A DNA stretch of 64,000 nt from Nitrososphaeria archaeon (GCA_029775855.1 JARVJZ010000002.1:32001-96000); one strand, 5' to 3'. Counted from the first letter of the stretch, positions 1 to 9,652 are shown. Notes: generated by a model from the letters alone, not told the origin. Numbers and translations: made by a program.

Positions 1-1
1 T

Positions 2-313
2 CGAAATGGGCCCTCACTCTATCTAACAGATCCAAGCGGAACCTATCTTGGATATGAAGCTGTAGCGATTGGTGCTGGAAGCGACCAAGTTATGGAATAC
101 CTTGAACAGAACTATCAGCCTAACAAAAAGCTCGAAGAAATGTGCATACTCGCAATAGAAGCAATTTACACTGTAAGCGAAGATAAATCTGGAATAAAAC
201 ACATAAAGATAGCAGTAGTAGATACCGCATCAAAGAAGATGCGTTTCCTTACAGAGAAAGAAATAGAAGAGCTAGCCAGCAAAGCTAGAAATCGCGAAAA
301 ACCTAAGCAATAA
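2..313 (+). CDS. psmA: Proteasome alpha subunit, 3' part (truncated by window start)
   Basis: Frame is open from nt 2 and reads RNGPSLYLTDPSGTYLGYEAVAIGAGSDQVMEYLE, the alpha-subunit 'DPSG...A.AIG' motif. Lies upstream of SBDS-rrp4 as in the archaeal exosome superoperon. Confidence 0.93.
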   Translation, partial: RNGPSLYLTDPSGTYLGYEAVAIGAGSDQVMEYLEQNYQPNKKLEEMCILAIEAIYTVSEDKSGIKHIKIAVVDTASKKMRFLTEKEIEELASKARNREKPKQ

Positions 314-389
314 ACTACATTGAAAACTTAAGGAACCAATTTATATAGCCTACCCTATTATCTTCTGCCTAAGTAGAAGGGTTAAAAGC

Positions 390-1082
390 ATGTCTACAAA
401 ATATACTATAGTTCGGCTCACATTAGGTGGTGAGCATTTTGAGATACTAGTAAATCCTGACGCTGCGTTAAATTACAAGATGGGTAAAAGTATACCGCCT
501 TCCCAAGTAATAGCTGTTGATGAAATTTACTCAGATGCTTCAAAAGGTTTGCGTGTATCTTCAGAAAAGCTTCAGAAGTACTTCCAGACGACCAACATAA
601 CGCAAGCAGCAGTAATAATTCTGAATAAAGGGGAACTCCAGCTAACTACTGAGCAGAGAAGGAAACTTGTTAGTGATAAAAAGAAGCAGATAATAGAGAT
701 CATATCTAGAAACTACATCGACCCTAGGACAGGGTTACCACACCCTCCTCTAAGAATAGAGCAAGCGCTCCAAGAAGCGAAGGTATCTATCGACCCATTT
801 AAAAGCGCTGAAGAGCAGACCAAGACAATAGTAGAGCAGTTGAGAACCATCCTTCCACTTAAATCAGAAAGAATCAGACTTTTAATCAGAGTACCCCCTC
901 AATATGCGCCTCAAAGCGTAGGTATAATAAAGAATTATGGTGAAATAGTTAAAGAAGAATGGGGGGAAGACGGCTCTATGACAGCAGTGGTAGACATACC
1001 AGCAGGTATACATTCAACACTAGTAGATAAACTCGGTTCAGCAACAAAAGGCTCAGCCCAAATATCAGTAGCAAAGGTTTAA
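390..1082 (+). CDS. Ribosome maturation factor SBDS/Sdo1
   Basis: [27 protein letters not shown] and PHPPLRIE motifs; superoperon context. Confidence 0.95.
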   Translation: MSTKYTIVRLTLGGEHFEILVNPDAALNYKMGKSIPPSQVIAVDEIYSDASKGLRVSSEKLQKYFQTTNITQAAVIILNKGELQLTTEQRRKLVSDKKKQIIEIISRNYIDPRTGLPHPPLRIEQALQEAKVSIDPFKSAEEQTKTIVEQLRTILPLKSERIRLLIRVPPQYAPQSVGIIKNYGEIVKEEWGEDGSMTAVVDIPAGIHSTLVDKLGSATKGSAQISVAKV

Positions 1083-1087
1083 CGAAA

Positions 1088-1786
1088 ATGCCCGAAGTCA
1101 AAAGAAAATATGTTATACCAGGTGAGCTGATAACCGAAGGCAACTACAGAATTATAGCTAACGTAATCAAAAGAGGCAACAAGTTCTACTCAACTAGAAT
1201 AGGCTTAGCAGAGTATGGACAAGAAGGTGTAAAGGTCATACCGCTAACAGGACCGTATGTTCCGAAGGTAGATGACCTTGTGATAGGTAAGATCGTAGAT
1301 TACTCAGCCTTCGCTTGGGAAGTAGATATCAACTCCTGCTTCATGGCTTATCTACCTGCTAGAAATGTATATGGTAAAAATTTTACACCTGGGCAAGAAT
1401 CGCTAGTTAAGCGGTTTAATATAGGTGATTTGATAGCAGCTGTTGTTACAGCCTTTGATCGGACAAGAGACCCTATACTCTCGGTCGCTGGTCCTGGTTT
1501 GGGTAAAATCTCGAAGGGTGAAGTGGTTAAGATATCGCCTACTAAGGTTCCTAGGCTTATAGGTAAGAAGGGGTCTATGATAAGGACAATAGAGTCTGGG
1601 ACTGGTTGTAAACTTATGATAGGACAGAACGGTATAGTAGTTTTGAGTGGGAAGCCCGAAGGGATAATAAAGGCTGTGAAGGCGATAAGGCTGGTTGAGG
1701 AGGAGGCGCATTTAGCTGATTTAACGCAGAAGGTTCAAGCTATGCTCGGGATTAAAGAGGAGGGGGGTAAAGAAGGAGATGGGTAA
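1088..1786 (+). CDS. rrp4: Exosome RNA-binding subunit Rrp4 (S1+KH)
   Basis: [14 protein letters not shown]1 region and KH motif [10 protein letters not shown]. Confidence 0.95.
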   Translation: MPEVKRKYVIPGELITEGNYRIIANVIKRGNKFYSTRIGLAEYGQEGVKVIPLTGPYVPKVDDLVIGKIVDYSAFAWEVDINSCFMAYLPARNVYGKNFTPGQESLVKRFNIGDLIAAVVTAFDRTRDPILSVAGPGLGKISKGEVVKISPTKVPRLIGKKGSMIRTIESGTGCKLMIGQNGIVVLSGKPEGIIKAVKAIRLVEEEAHLADLTQKVQAMLGIKEEGGKEGDG

Positions 1787-2504
1787 ACTGATAAACAATG
1801 GAATACGACTAGATGGTAGAAGAGTAGATGAACTTAGACCATATAAACTTGAGGTGGGTGTACTAAAGAACGCAGACGGCTCAGCATACATAGAGCTAGG
1901 AAAGAACAAGATCATAGTAGCTGTCTACGGACCAAAAGAGGTGCACCCTAAGCATATAGCTCTACCTGATAGATGTGTAATTAGATGTAGATATCATATG
2001 TCACCCTTCTCAACTGATGTAAGGAAGACACCAGCTCCTTCGAGGAGAGAGATAGAGATCTCAAAGGTGATTAGAGAAGCACTTGAACCCACTATATTAG
2101 TTGAAGAGTATCCGAGAACTGCGATAGATATCTTCTTAGAGGTGCTTCAATCTGACGGTGGCTCAAGGTGTGCTGGAATAACCGCTGCCGCGCTTGCTTT
2201 AGCAGACGCTGGCATAAGCATGTGCGACCTTGTGGTTGCTTGCGCAGCTGGGAAGGTGGATGGCACTATGGTTTTAGATCTAAGTGATATTGAGGATAAA
2301 GAGGGGGAAGCGGATATGCCAGTAGCAGTTATGCCTAACCTTGGCATAATAACTTTACTACAGCTTGACGGTATACTTACACACGAAGAGTTTAAGCAGG
2401 GAATAGACTTGGCTCTAGAGGGCTGTAGAAGGCTACATGAGGCTCAACGCAAAGCTCTGATGGACAGATACTTCAAAACAGCCCCTAATCAAGAGGTTGA
2501 ATAG
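1779..2504 (+). CDS. rrp41: Exosome catalytic subunit Rrp41
   Basis: RLDGRR, ADGSAY, YGPKE and LQSDGGSR RNase PH motifs. Confidence 0.96.
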   Translation: MGKLINNGIRLDGRRVDELRPYKLEVGVLKNADGSAYIELGKNKIIVAVYGPKEVHPKHIALPDRCVIRCRYHMSPFSTDVRKTPAPSRREIEISKVIREALEPTILVEEYPRTAIDIFLEVLQSDGGSRCAGITAAALALADAGISMCDLVVACAAGKVDGTMVLDLSDIEDKEGEADMPVAVMPNLGIITLLQLDGILTHEEFKQGIDLALEGCRRLHEAQRKALMDRYFKTAPNQEVE

Positions 2505-3333
2505 TTTGGCTGCGGCTAAGAAGTCGTTCATAATGGAGCATCTAAGGAAGGCTCATATGATAGAACTGCTAGCAAAAGGGAGACGGCTAGATGGAAGAGA
2601 ACTTTTAGACTACAGACCCATAGAGATAAAGTGCAACATCATCCAGAAGGCAAACGGCTCAGCTCAAGTCAACTTAGGCAACACTCAAGTTATAGCCGGC
2701 GTGAAGATAGAGGTTGGAGCACCCTTCCCAGACACACCAGATAAAGGGTTGCTGGTTGTAAACGCTGAAATCCTACCCTTAGCATCACCCTACGCTGAAC
2801 CCGGGCCGCCTGATGAAGAAGCAATTGAACTCTCAAGGGTAGTTGATAGGGGTGTAAGAGAATCCGGCATGATTGATCTATCCAAGCTTGTGCTCATACC
2901 AGGGCAGAAGGTTAGGGCAGTGTTTGTGGATGTCAGCGTGTTAAATGTTGATGGGAATCTTATTGACGCTACTAGCTACGCTGTTGTTTCTGCGCTTATG
3001 ACTACAAAGATGCCTGTGTTAGAGGTCTCTGAGGGTGGAGGGATAGTTGAGAAGGCGGAGTATATTCCGCTTCCCTTTTCTACAATACCTGTTTCTGTCA
3101 CATTCGCTAGAATAGGTGATTCATTGATTGTTGACCCAGACTCAGAGGAGGAGTCTGTTATGGATGCTAGGATAACTTTAACTACCGTCGAAGGCGGTCA
3201 TCTATGCGCTGGGCAGAAAGGGTTGGCTGGTGGATTAACATATGAGCAGATTATGTTTGCAGCCGAGACCGCTAAAATTAAAGGGCAAGAGATAAGAGAG
3301 GTCATTAAGAAGGCGGTGGCTAGCGTTGGTTAG
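2497..3333 (+). CDS. rrp42: Exosome subunit Rrp42
   Basis: [17 protein letters not shown] and DGNLID motifs. Confidence 0.96.
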   Translation: MNSLAAAKKSFIMEHLRKAHMIELLAKGRRLDGRELLDYRPIEIKCNIIQKANGSAQVNLGNTQVIAGVKIEVGAPFPDTPDKGLLVVNAEILPLASPYAEPGPPDEEAIELSRVVDRGVRESGMIDLSKLVLIPGQKVRAVFVDVSVLNVDGNLIDATSYAVVSALMTTKMPVLEVSEGGGIVEKAEYIPLPFSTIPVSVTFARIGDSLIVDPDSEEESVMDARITLTTVEGGHLCAGQKGLAGGLTYEQIMFAAETAKIKGQEIREVIKKAVASVG

Positions 3334-3535
3334 AGGCAAAGAGAAGCTGCTTAAAGGCTTAGGGATAAAGTATGGCAGAACCCTAAGGATGAGATACAGT
3401 AGAATATACTTTCTACTTAAGAGCAAAAGAAGATGTCCTTCCTGCGGCGCTCTAAAGATGCGCCGTAAAGTTAGTGGTATCTGGTGCTGCTTAAAATGTG
3501 GGCATGAAGTTGCCGGAGGAGCATACGATTTCTAA
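3326..3535 (+). CDS. rpl37ae: 50S ribosomal protein L37Ae (eL43)
   Basis: GIKYGRTLR, CPSC and GIW.C.KC...AGGAY zinc ribbon. Confidence 0.93.
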   Translation: MVRGKEKLLKGLGIKYGRTLRMRYSRIYFLLKSKRRCPSCGALKMRRKVSGIWCCLKCGHEVAGGAYDF

Positions 3536-3779
3536 TATTAACATAGCAGCCACCATACAAATAACTTCTGTAAAAGAGGAGACCTCAGCCATCTACAAGG
3601 CGCTCCTTCCAGAAGCTGGTGTTGAGAGTAGGCGTAGAGCATCTATCAACTTGAAACATGAAGATAGGTGCTTGACGATTGAAATTAGTGCCCAAGATCT
3701 ATCTACTCTAAGGGCGCTAGTAGGCTCATACCTTAGGCTGGTAAAAGCGGCGTCAACAGTAATAGAAAAGGTAAAATAA
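3498..3779 (+). CDS. pcc1: KEOPS complex subunit Pcc1 (start uncertain)
   Basis: IYKALLPE and I.A.DLSTLRALVGSYLRL motifs; follows rpl37ae. Confidence 0.85.
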   Translation: MGMKLPEEHTISNINIAATIQITSVKEETSAIYKALLPEAGVESRRRASINLKHEDRCLTIEISAQDLSTLRALVGSYLRLVKAASTVIEKVK

Positions 3780-3834
3780 TACAAAAGATGTGAGCGTAAA
3801 ACTTAAAGTCGAGCCCAAGTCATCTAAACATAGA

Positions 3835-3972
3835 CCCGCGGTAGCTCAGCTTGGTAGAGCTTCCGACCCTTCAGAAGGGGGAGACGCTGTAGTGGCTTGC
3901 CTAGGCAAGCCTCACCAGCCTACCAAGCTCACAGATACCGGAGTGTCGCAGGTTCAAATCCTGCCCGCGGGA
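3835..3972 (+). tRNA. tRNA-Tyr(GTA) with two introns (3866-3885 at position 30/31; 3893-3936 at 37/38)
   Basis: Acceptor CCCGCGG/CCGCGGG-A, D arm GCTC..GAGC and T arm GCAGG-TTCAAAT-CCTGC. Removing both introns gives the anticodon arm TCCGG-CTGTAGA-CCGGA. Both junctions form BHB motifs. Confidence 0.93.
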
Positions 3973-4010
3973 CCTAACCTTTTCATTATCCGTATACCTA
4001 GTCATACGAT

Positions 4011-4198
4011 TTGAGAATAAAGAAGAGTTTAACTCAACAGCAGATTGCTGACCTTTGCTTTACTCAAAACTTAAGTTGGAGATTGAGTCGAAGATACTTG
4101 AACTCTTCAAGGAGATTCTAAGCTTGCCAGAGAGTGATAAAAGGGCTATAATCAATGCCTACCTTAAGATTAAAGAGAGAAGCGAAAGGGGAGACTAG
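4011..4198 (+). pseudogene. XRE-family HTH regulator remnant (frameshifted or internally deleted)
   Basis: LRIKKSLTQQQIADL (HTH helices 1-2) in one frame continues as KLEIESKILELFKEILSLPESDKRAII in another frame. Confidence 0.5.
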
Positions 4199-4236
4199 AA
4201 AGATCGTAAATGTTTAAATTTGGTTGATCTTAATTT

Positions 4237-4542
4237 ATGATGTGTAATATGAAAAGTCTTGAAGAGATAAAAAGGATTTTAGCAGAGCATAAAGAAGAGT
4301 TAAGACAAAAATATAAGGTAAAAGAGATAGGGATCTTTGGTTCTTTTGTTAGAGGCGAGCACAGAAAAAAAAGCGATATTGACCTATTGGTCGAGTTTGA
4401 AGAATCCCCAAGCCTCTTTGAATTTATGGATTTGGAAGAATACTTGAGTAAAATGCTTGGGTTAAAGGTTGACCTTGTCTCAAAAGCTGCTTTAAAACCG
4501 AGAATCGGAGAATATATTTTAAAAGAAGTCGTTTATTTATGA
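4237..4542 (+). CDS. Minimal nucleotidyltransferase (MNT) antitoxin
   Basis: GSFVRGEHRKKSDID matches GSX10DXD; KVDLV; overlaps the HEPN gene. Confidence 0.93.
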   Translation: MMCNMKSLEEIKRILAEHKEELRQKYKVKEIGIFGSFVRGEHRKKSDIDLLVEFEESPSLFEFMDLEEYLSKMLGLKVDLVSKAALKPRIGEYILKEVVYL

Positions 4543-4883
4543 GGAAAAGAGATTATAGGGATTACCTCAAAGACATAATTGATTCAATCAATGATATTGA
4601 GGATTTCACTAAAAACATGAATTTTGAAGAGTTTGCTAAAGATAAAAAGACGATAAACGCTGTGGTAAGGGGCATTGAAGTTATAGGAGAGGCAGCCAAA
4701 CACATACCTAGATCAATTAGAGACAAATATCCTTCCATCCCTTGGAAGAAGATGGCTGGAATGAGAGATAAAATGATTCATGAGTATTTTGGTGTTGATA
4801 TCAAAATCTTATGGAAGACGATAAAAAAGGATATTCCACAACTCAAGCCACTAATACAGAATGTTTTAGAAAGCCTTTGTTAA
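4539..4883 (+). CDS. HEPN/DUF86 RNase toxin (HepT-like)
   Basis: IGEAAK and RDKMIHEY (RX4HXY motif). Confidence 0.93.
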   Translation: MRKRDYRDYLKDIIDSINDIEDFTKNMNFEEFAKDKKTINAVVRGIEVIGEAAKHIPRSIRDKYPSIPWKKMAGMRDKMIHEYFGVDIKILWKTIKKDIPQLKPLIQNVLESLC

Positions 4884-4985
4884 AATTGTAACGGGTTATT
4901 GAAAAAGAGATTTGTAAGAAATATAGGTCAGACAACCTTGAACTTTCCCGAACTTTATTACCTTCTCTAAGTCTAATTCCATCTC

Positions 4986-5255
4986 TCAGCCTCTAGAGGC
5001 TCTTAGGATGCTTGACCATTTACAAAGGCAATCATTTACAATCTCGAAAATAGGCTTTGAAAGCTGATATGTGGTTAGTGACGTGATGAGAGGAGCAGCT
5101 TTCCTTTTTCTCTCGATGTAGTTAATATCTCTATCAATGCCAGAAACCATTCTTTTCAAAAAGGCTTCAACCCATCGAACATATTGACCAACAGTTCCTT
5201 TGCCTAAATCCAAGTTTGCCTGAGTGAACAGCCTGAAATCTCTTAAATCTTCCAC
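4986..5255 (-). pseudogene. Tyrosine integrase N-terminal fragment
   Basis: 'DFRLFTQANLDLGKGTVGQYVRWVEAFL' resembles an integrase core-binding N-terminus. It is adjacent to the att repeat and has no catalytic domain. Confidence 0.5.
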
Positions 5256-5298
5256 TATTTTCTATTATTCTCTTATCAAGGTTTTCAGCCTCGAAATT

Positions 5299-5330
5299 GT
5301 GCCGCAGGTTCAAATCCTGCCCGCGAGACC
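5299..5330 (+). repeat. attR-like copy of tRNA-Tyr 3' end
   Basis: GTGCCGCAGGTTCAAATCCTGCCCGCGAGACC versus GTGTCGCAGGTTCAAATCCTGCCCGCGGGACC at 3943-3974 (2 mismatches in 32 nt). Confidence 0.92.
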
Positions 5331-5348
5331 AAGCTCAACAAAAGATCT

Positions 5349-6206
5349 CTATATTTTGAGCGTGTCTCCTGTCCGAAGGGGTTTGCATCTTTCTTTGAAG
5401 GTTTTGAGGAGGGTGCAGGTTGCGTTTAGGCCGGTGCAATGGCAAGGAGCCAAGAGTTTTGGGTTAAGCTGCTGAAGCTCTTCTGCAGTTAAGTCTATCT
5501 GTTTGTTATCTGCTTTTTCTAAGTGGAAGCCTCCAGCTACCAAGTGGATTTCTTTTATTGTGGTTAGGCGTTGAGCTTGTTTGACGGTGTTGATTATTCC
5601 TGAGTGAGCGCAGCCTGAAATAACTGTAATACCTTTACCTTCAACTTCTATTATGAGTGCTTGGTCATCTGGTAAGTTGTCTTCGATGAAACGCTCCTCT
5701 TCTATTGTGTGAAAGTTAGTTGTTTTCTCAAAGGGTGTGTTTCGTTCAATTTCGCCGCTAGTTAAGACGCCTTTTGCAAGTGTGATTGGGTTCTTCGCTA
5801 GGAGCATTATACCTCCAGCTTCCTCTGCTTCTGCCTGCTTGAAAGGTAGACCTATGTATTTCAGATGCGGCTCAACTCTGAGCTTAGGCTTGAATATGTT
5901 TGGATGTGCGATTATTGGAATCTTTTTCCCTATTTTCTTCAACACGGATAGGAGGGCAGATGTGTGGTCATAATGGCCGTGGCTAAGAAAGATCAAGTCT
6001 ACTGCGCTTAGGTCGATGTTCATGGCGTCGATGTTATAAAGAACTGTTTCAGAAGAGGGGCCGGTGTCAAACAATATCGTCATCTTATTTGAACCGTCTA
6101 AATCAACTTTGACAAGCAGACTTAAACCGTGCTGAGCTGTTAGTTTCGGTTTATCCATAGAAGTAGAGTTTTCTATGATGGTGGTAAGCTCTAAGCCTTT
6201 GACCAT
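5349..6206 (-). CDS. MBL-fold metallohydrolase, COG1237 family (methanopterin-biosynthesis-associated type)
   Basis: QHGLSLLV, FDTG, SHGHYDH, DDQAL, GCAHSG, GGFH and PCHCTG motifs. Start placed at the ATG at 6206. Confidence 0.85.
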   Translation of the reverse strand: MVKGLELTTIIENSTSMDKPKLTAQHGLSLLVKVDLDGSNKMTILFDTGPSSETVLYNIDAMNIDLSAVDLIFLSHGHYDHTSALLSVLKKIGKKIPIIAHPNIFKPKLRVEPHLKYIGLPFKQAEAEEAGGIMLLAKNPITLAKGVLTSGEIERNTPFEKTTNFHTIEEERFIEDNLPDDQALIIEVEGKGITVISGCAHSGIINTVKQAQRLTTIKEIHLVAGGFHLEKADNKQIDLTAEELQQLNPKLLAPCHCTGLNATCTLLKTFKERCKPLRTGDTLKI

Positions 6207-6463
6207 ACTCTCCACAGCGGATAGGTGCGTATTCAAACTTTTTGCAGCATAGGCTGTGTTTGTAGTAAGTTGGTTGATCAAGAGAGCGCTTTTGAAAGAT
6301 GGTGTATTCCCTTTATGTTGCTTTGCAGATCGAAACGTGTTCAGAAAGATAGTCGGGTTTTCTTCTTTTTGTTGCTCAGAAAGTCGAAGCTACTCTTATC
6401 GTTGCTTTAATTTTATGAAGAGAAGCCGACAGAGATAAATCTCTTAAAGTGATAGTGTAGCAT

Positions 6464-6916
6464 GTGGGGCGTTTGGCTGTTAAGATGGTTGATATACACG
6501 CAAAGGATGTGGTTTACCGTGAGGCTGTAGCTGAAGGTAAGATTATCCTTAGACCAGAGACGGTAGCCCTTATACGCGCTGGAAAGGTTGAGAAGGGTGA
6601 TCCGGTGCAGATCGCTACCCTAGCTGGCATACAAGCTTCTAAGTTTACATCGCTACTTATGCCTCTATGCCATCCTCTTAAGATTGAGAGCACAGATGTT
6701 AGAGTTGAAGTTGAGGACTGGGGGGTTAAGGTTTCCGCTAAGGTTGCTGCTACAGAGAAGACTGGCGTCGAAATGGAGGCTCTTACCTCTGTTGCAACCG
6801 CGCTTCTCAATATATGGGATGTGGTGAAGATGTATGAGAAGGATAAAGATGGACAGTATCCTTACACAGCCATCAAAGAGATAAGAGTGGTAAGTAAGGT
6901 GAAGAGGAAGATTTGA
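6464..6916 (+). CDS. moaC: Cyclic pyranopterin monophosphate synthase
   Basis: MVDI, KGD, LMPLCHP, KTGVEMEAL and IWDVVK motifs. Confidence 0.96.
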   Translation: MGRLAVKMVDIHAKDVVYREAVAEGKIILRPETVALIRAGKVEKGDPVQIATLAGIQASKFTSLLMPLCHPLKIESTDVRVEVEDWGVKVSAKVAATEKTGVEMEALTSVATALLNIWDVVKMYEKDKDGQYPYTAIKEIRVVSKVKRKI

Positions 6917-7437
6917 AGCCGCACGAAGAGCATCGAAGCAGAGGTAAGAAGAGCATATCAATCTCGGTCATAACAGTAAGCACATCCAGATACGAAAAGA
7001 TTAAGGAGAAGAAGCCTTTCACAGACGAATCAGCAGACAGAGCCGAAAAACTAATCAAAGAATCTGGATTCAACTTAAAGAGCAGAAAGGTTGTGGACGA
7101 CCATAAAGGGCTGATAAGGCTTGAAGTTCTAAAGAGCATATACGAAGAAGGATGCGACGCTGTAATACTCACAGGTGGCACAGGACTCTCAAGCAGAGAT
7201 GTCACAGTGGAGGCAATAAGACCACTCTTAGACAAGGAGCTAGAAGGCTTCCCAGAAATCTTCAGAACAGAGAGCTTTAAGAGCGTAGGCTCAGCCGCCT
7301 ACCTAACCAGAACGGTCGCAGGCAGCCTAGACGGTAGGCTCATATTCTGCTTACCCGGCTCACCAGACGCTGTGGAGCTTGGGCTTAAACTTCTTCTCCC
7401 CGAGCTGCCACACGCTCTTTACATAGCGGGAACATAG
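6913..7437 (+). CDS. moaB: Molybdopterin adenylyltransferase MoaB/MogA
   Basis: TGGTGLSSRDVT and LPGSP motifs. Confidence 0.92.
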   Translation: MKPHEEHRSRGKKSISISVITVSTSRYEKIKEKKPFTDESADRAEKLIKESGFNLKSRKVVDDHKGLIRLEVLKSIYEEGCDAVILTGGTGLSSRDVTVEAIRPLLDKELEGFPEIFRTESFKSVGSAAYLTRTVAGSLDGRLIFCLPGSPDAVELGLKLLLPELPHALYIAGT

Positions 7438-8438
7438 TGTTGAGGGAAAATCCAGACGAACTCAGCATCATTAAAGAGTTTATTGAGGTAATCGGTCAAC
7501 CTAAACAAATATACTCGAAGATAGGGGATGACGTAGCGCATATACCTTCTGGTAAAGGTAGGGTTGTTGTAAAGTGTGATATGCTTGTCGGCGAGACCGA
7601 TGTGCCTCAAGGCATGACTTATAGAGAAGCAGCACGCAAGGCTCTCGCAAGCGTGGTAAGCGACTTTGCAGCAAAAGGTGTCAAACCAAACGCAGCTTTA
7701 GTAAGCCTAGGTATACCCCCAACACTAACAATTGCAGATATTAGAGAACTCGCTCTAGGCGTAAGAGATGCTAGAGAGGAATTTAAATTTGAATTCTTAG
7801 GAGGGGATACAAATCAAGCCAAAGACCTCATCATAGACTGCATACTGTTAGGCTACGCTAAGCACATCATAGGTAGAGCCGGCGCGAAGGTAGGTGATAT
7901 TGTGGCTGTCACGGGAGATTTTGGCTATACAGGAGCAGGCTTATACGCACTTTCAAAATACGGTAGAGTGGCTGAGGGATTCGCGGAAAAAGCCATCTCA
8001 ACTGTGCTAAAGCCTAAACCCCCACTTGAGCTAGGATTGATGCTCGCTGAGAGAAGGCTTATGTCCTCAAGCATAGATTCAAGCGACGGTTTAGCCCTAT
8101 CACTCTATACGCTATCTGAAGCAAGCAACGTCAAGATAGTCGTTTTTGATCTGCCAGCTCCAGAAGGGCTACGAGAATTCGCTGAAGAAAACGGTTTAAG
8201 TTTGGAGGAACTTGTCTTCTACTCAGGCGAAGAGTATGAGATAGTCTTCACAGCGCATGAAGATAAGTTAGATAAGATAAAGCGTTTAGCAGAGAGCTTA
8301 GGTAAGCCTATTAAGGCTATAGGTAGAGTTGAACAAGGAAAGCCGGTAGTAGAATATGTAACCTTAGGTAAAAAGAAGATTCTAGAGAGAAGAGGTTGGA
8401 TACACCTCTCAGCAAAACGTAATAAAAATAAGGTCTGA
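7437..8438 (+). CDS. thiL: Thiamine-monophosphate kinase
   Basis: IGDDVA, SDFAAKG, GGDT, DSSDGL and GEEYE motifs. Confidence 0.93.
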   Translation: MLRENPDELSIIKEFIEVIGQPKQIYSKIGDDVAHIPSGKGRVVVKCDMLVGETDVPQGMTYREAARKALASVVSDFAAKGVKPNAALVSLGIPPTLTIADIRELALGVRDAREEFKFEFLGGDTNQAKDLIIDCILLGYAKHIIGRAGAKVGDIVAVTGDFGYTGAGLYALSKYGRVAEGFAEKAISTVLKPKPPLELGLMLAERRLMSSSIDSSDGLALSLYTLSEASNVKIVVFDLPAPEGLREFAEENGLSLEELVFYSGEEYEIVFTAHEDKLDKIKRLAESLGKPIKAIGRVEQGKPVVEYVTLGKKKILERRGWIHLSAKRNKNKV

Positions 8439-8458
8439 GTCGGCTGCAAGAGCCGACT
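8438..8458. terminator. Stem-loop between convergent thiL and TRAM genes
   Basis: AGTCGGCT-gcaag-AGCCGACT forms a perfect 8-bp stem. The terminator role is an inference. Confidence 0.4.
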
Positions 8459-8480
8459 GAGAGTTATCCACTTAGCGTTT

Positions 8481-8738
8481 CTACACGACTTGTGCTATTG
8501 CATAGTTTGGTCTGATTTGTGTGATTCTGATCTTCACTGTATCGCCTTGCTTTGTATTAGGTATGAATACGACATAGCCTTCGATTCTTACGAGCCCGTC
8601 TCCTCTTTTACTGACCTCTGAGACAGTGACCTCGAGTTCTTCGCCTAGCTTTACTGGCTTAGGTTTGAAGAAGACTTTTGGGATTCTCTGTCTTCTACTT
8701 TCGCGTTCACCTTCATGTTGTTCTACGTCTTCAGCCAA
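8481..8738 (-). CDS. Single TRAM-domain RNA-binding protein
   Basis: PVKLGEELEVTV...RGDGLVRIEGYVVFIP...GDTVKIRI. Confidence 0.92.
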   Translation of the reverse strand: MAEDVEQHEGERESRRQRIPKVFFKPKPVKLGEELEVTVSEVSKRGDGLVRIEGYVVFIPNTKQGDTVKIRITQIRPNYAIAQVV

Positions 8739-8800
8739 CCTTATTACGTCCTTTTCCTTCGACCCAATAGAGGGGCGTAAAGGATATTTAAAGTTAAGTA

Positions 8801-9652
8801 GTGCAAACGAAGGGGATGGAAGAGGTAATTTCAGAAGGTGATGACGTGCTTCTATATCTCAGCGGGGATAAGCGTTGGCTCGTCAAGGTTAAGGTAGATA
8901 AGAAGGTGCATACACACGCAGGCTATATAGAAGGCTCTAACATAATAGGAAAACGCTATGGGGAGGCTGTCAAATCTAACCTTGGAAGAAACTTTTGGCT
9001 CCTTAAACCCACTGTGGAAGACTATGTGCTTAAATGCGAGAGGAAGACCCAAGTAGTCTACCCAAAAGATATGGGGTTAATAGCGGCAAAAACAGGGCTT
9101 ACTTCAGGAAGTATAGTTGTAGAAGCTGGAACAGGTAGTGGCGCTCTTACGATGTTCCTAGCTAATATCGTTAAACCGACTGGGCATGTCTATTCGATGG
9201 AGTTGAAAGAAGAGTTTCTTGATGTAGCTCGGAGGAATCTAAAGAGAAGTGGGCTGCTAGATTATGTGACCTTAAGCCTAGGCGATGCTTCTCAAGGCTT
9301 TGGTGTGATAGATGCGGATGTCGCGGTTATTGATGTAGGTGACCCTTGGCGTCTCGTTGAATCTGCGTGGCGTGCTCTTAAAGGCGCTGGGAAGATAGTT
9401 TCAATTTCGCCTACTATGAATCAGGTTGAGAAGACCTATGAGGCGCTGCTTAGAACTGGGTTTGTTGATGTTGAATGTGTAGAGGTGCTTGTTAGAAGCA
9501 TGCAAGTTAAGAGTGGTGCAACCAGACCTTCTACCAGAATGATAGGGCATACAGCATACCTAACATTTGCACGGAAGGTTTTCGGAGATGAAAAAACATT
9601 AAAAGAAGGAGATACTGAGTCGATAGGTGTGGTGTCTGATGAAGAAGGATAG
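8801..9652 (+). CDS. trmI: tRNA (adenine-N1)-methyltransferase TrmI
   Basis: RKTQVVYPKD, EAGTGSGALT, D..DPW and TRP..RMIGHTAYL motifs. Confidence 0.93.
   Translation: MQTKGMEEVISEGDDVLLYLSGDKRWLVKVKVDKKVHTHAGYIEGSNIIGKRYGEAVKSNLGRNFWLLKPTVEDYVLKCERKTQVVYPKDMGLIAAKTGLTSGSIVVEAGTGSGALTMFLANIVKPTGHVYSMELKEEFLDVARRNLKRSGLLDYVTLSLGDASQGFGVIDADVAVIDVGDPWRLVESAWRALKGAGKIVSISPTMNQVEKTYEALLRTGFVDVECVEVLVRSMQVKSGATRPSTRMIGHTAYLTFARKVFGDEKTLKEGDTESIGVVSDEEG

Larger units (their letters stand above)
3943..5330. mobile_element. Decayed integrative element inserted at tRNA-Tyr 3' end
   Basis: Bounded by a 32-bp direct repeat of the tRNA 3' end. AT-rich interior holds an HTH remnant, an MNT-HEPN pair and an integrase-like fragment. 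Confidence 0.8.

Noticed and set aside
3790-4014. 74-aa ORF
   Set aside because: It is a translation of the tRNA-Tyr gene.
5299-5330. Second tRNA or split-tRNA half
   Set aside because: Only the T-arm and acceptor 3' strand are present, with a mismatch in the acceptor, and I saw no complementary leader for trans-splicing. An att site fits better.
5224-5475. 83-aa ORF sharing 'QVQILPA' with the 3790 ORF
   Set aside because: The similarity is due to the att repeat, and the ORF overlaps real genes on the other strand.
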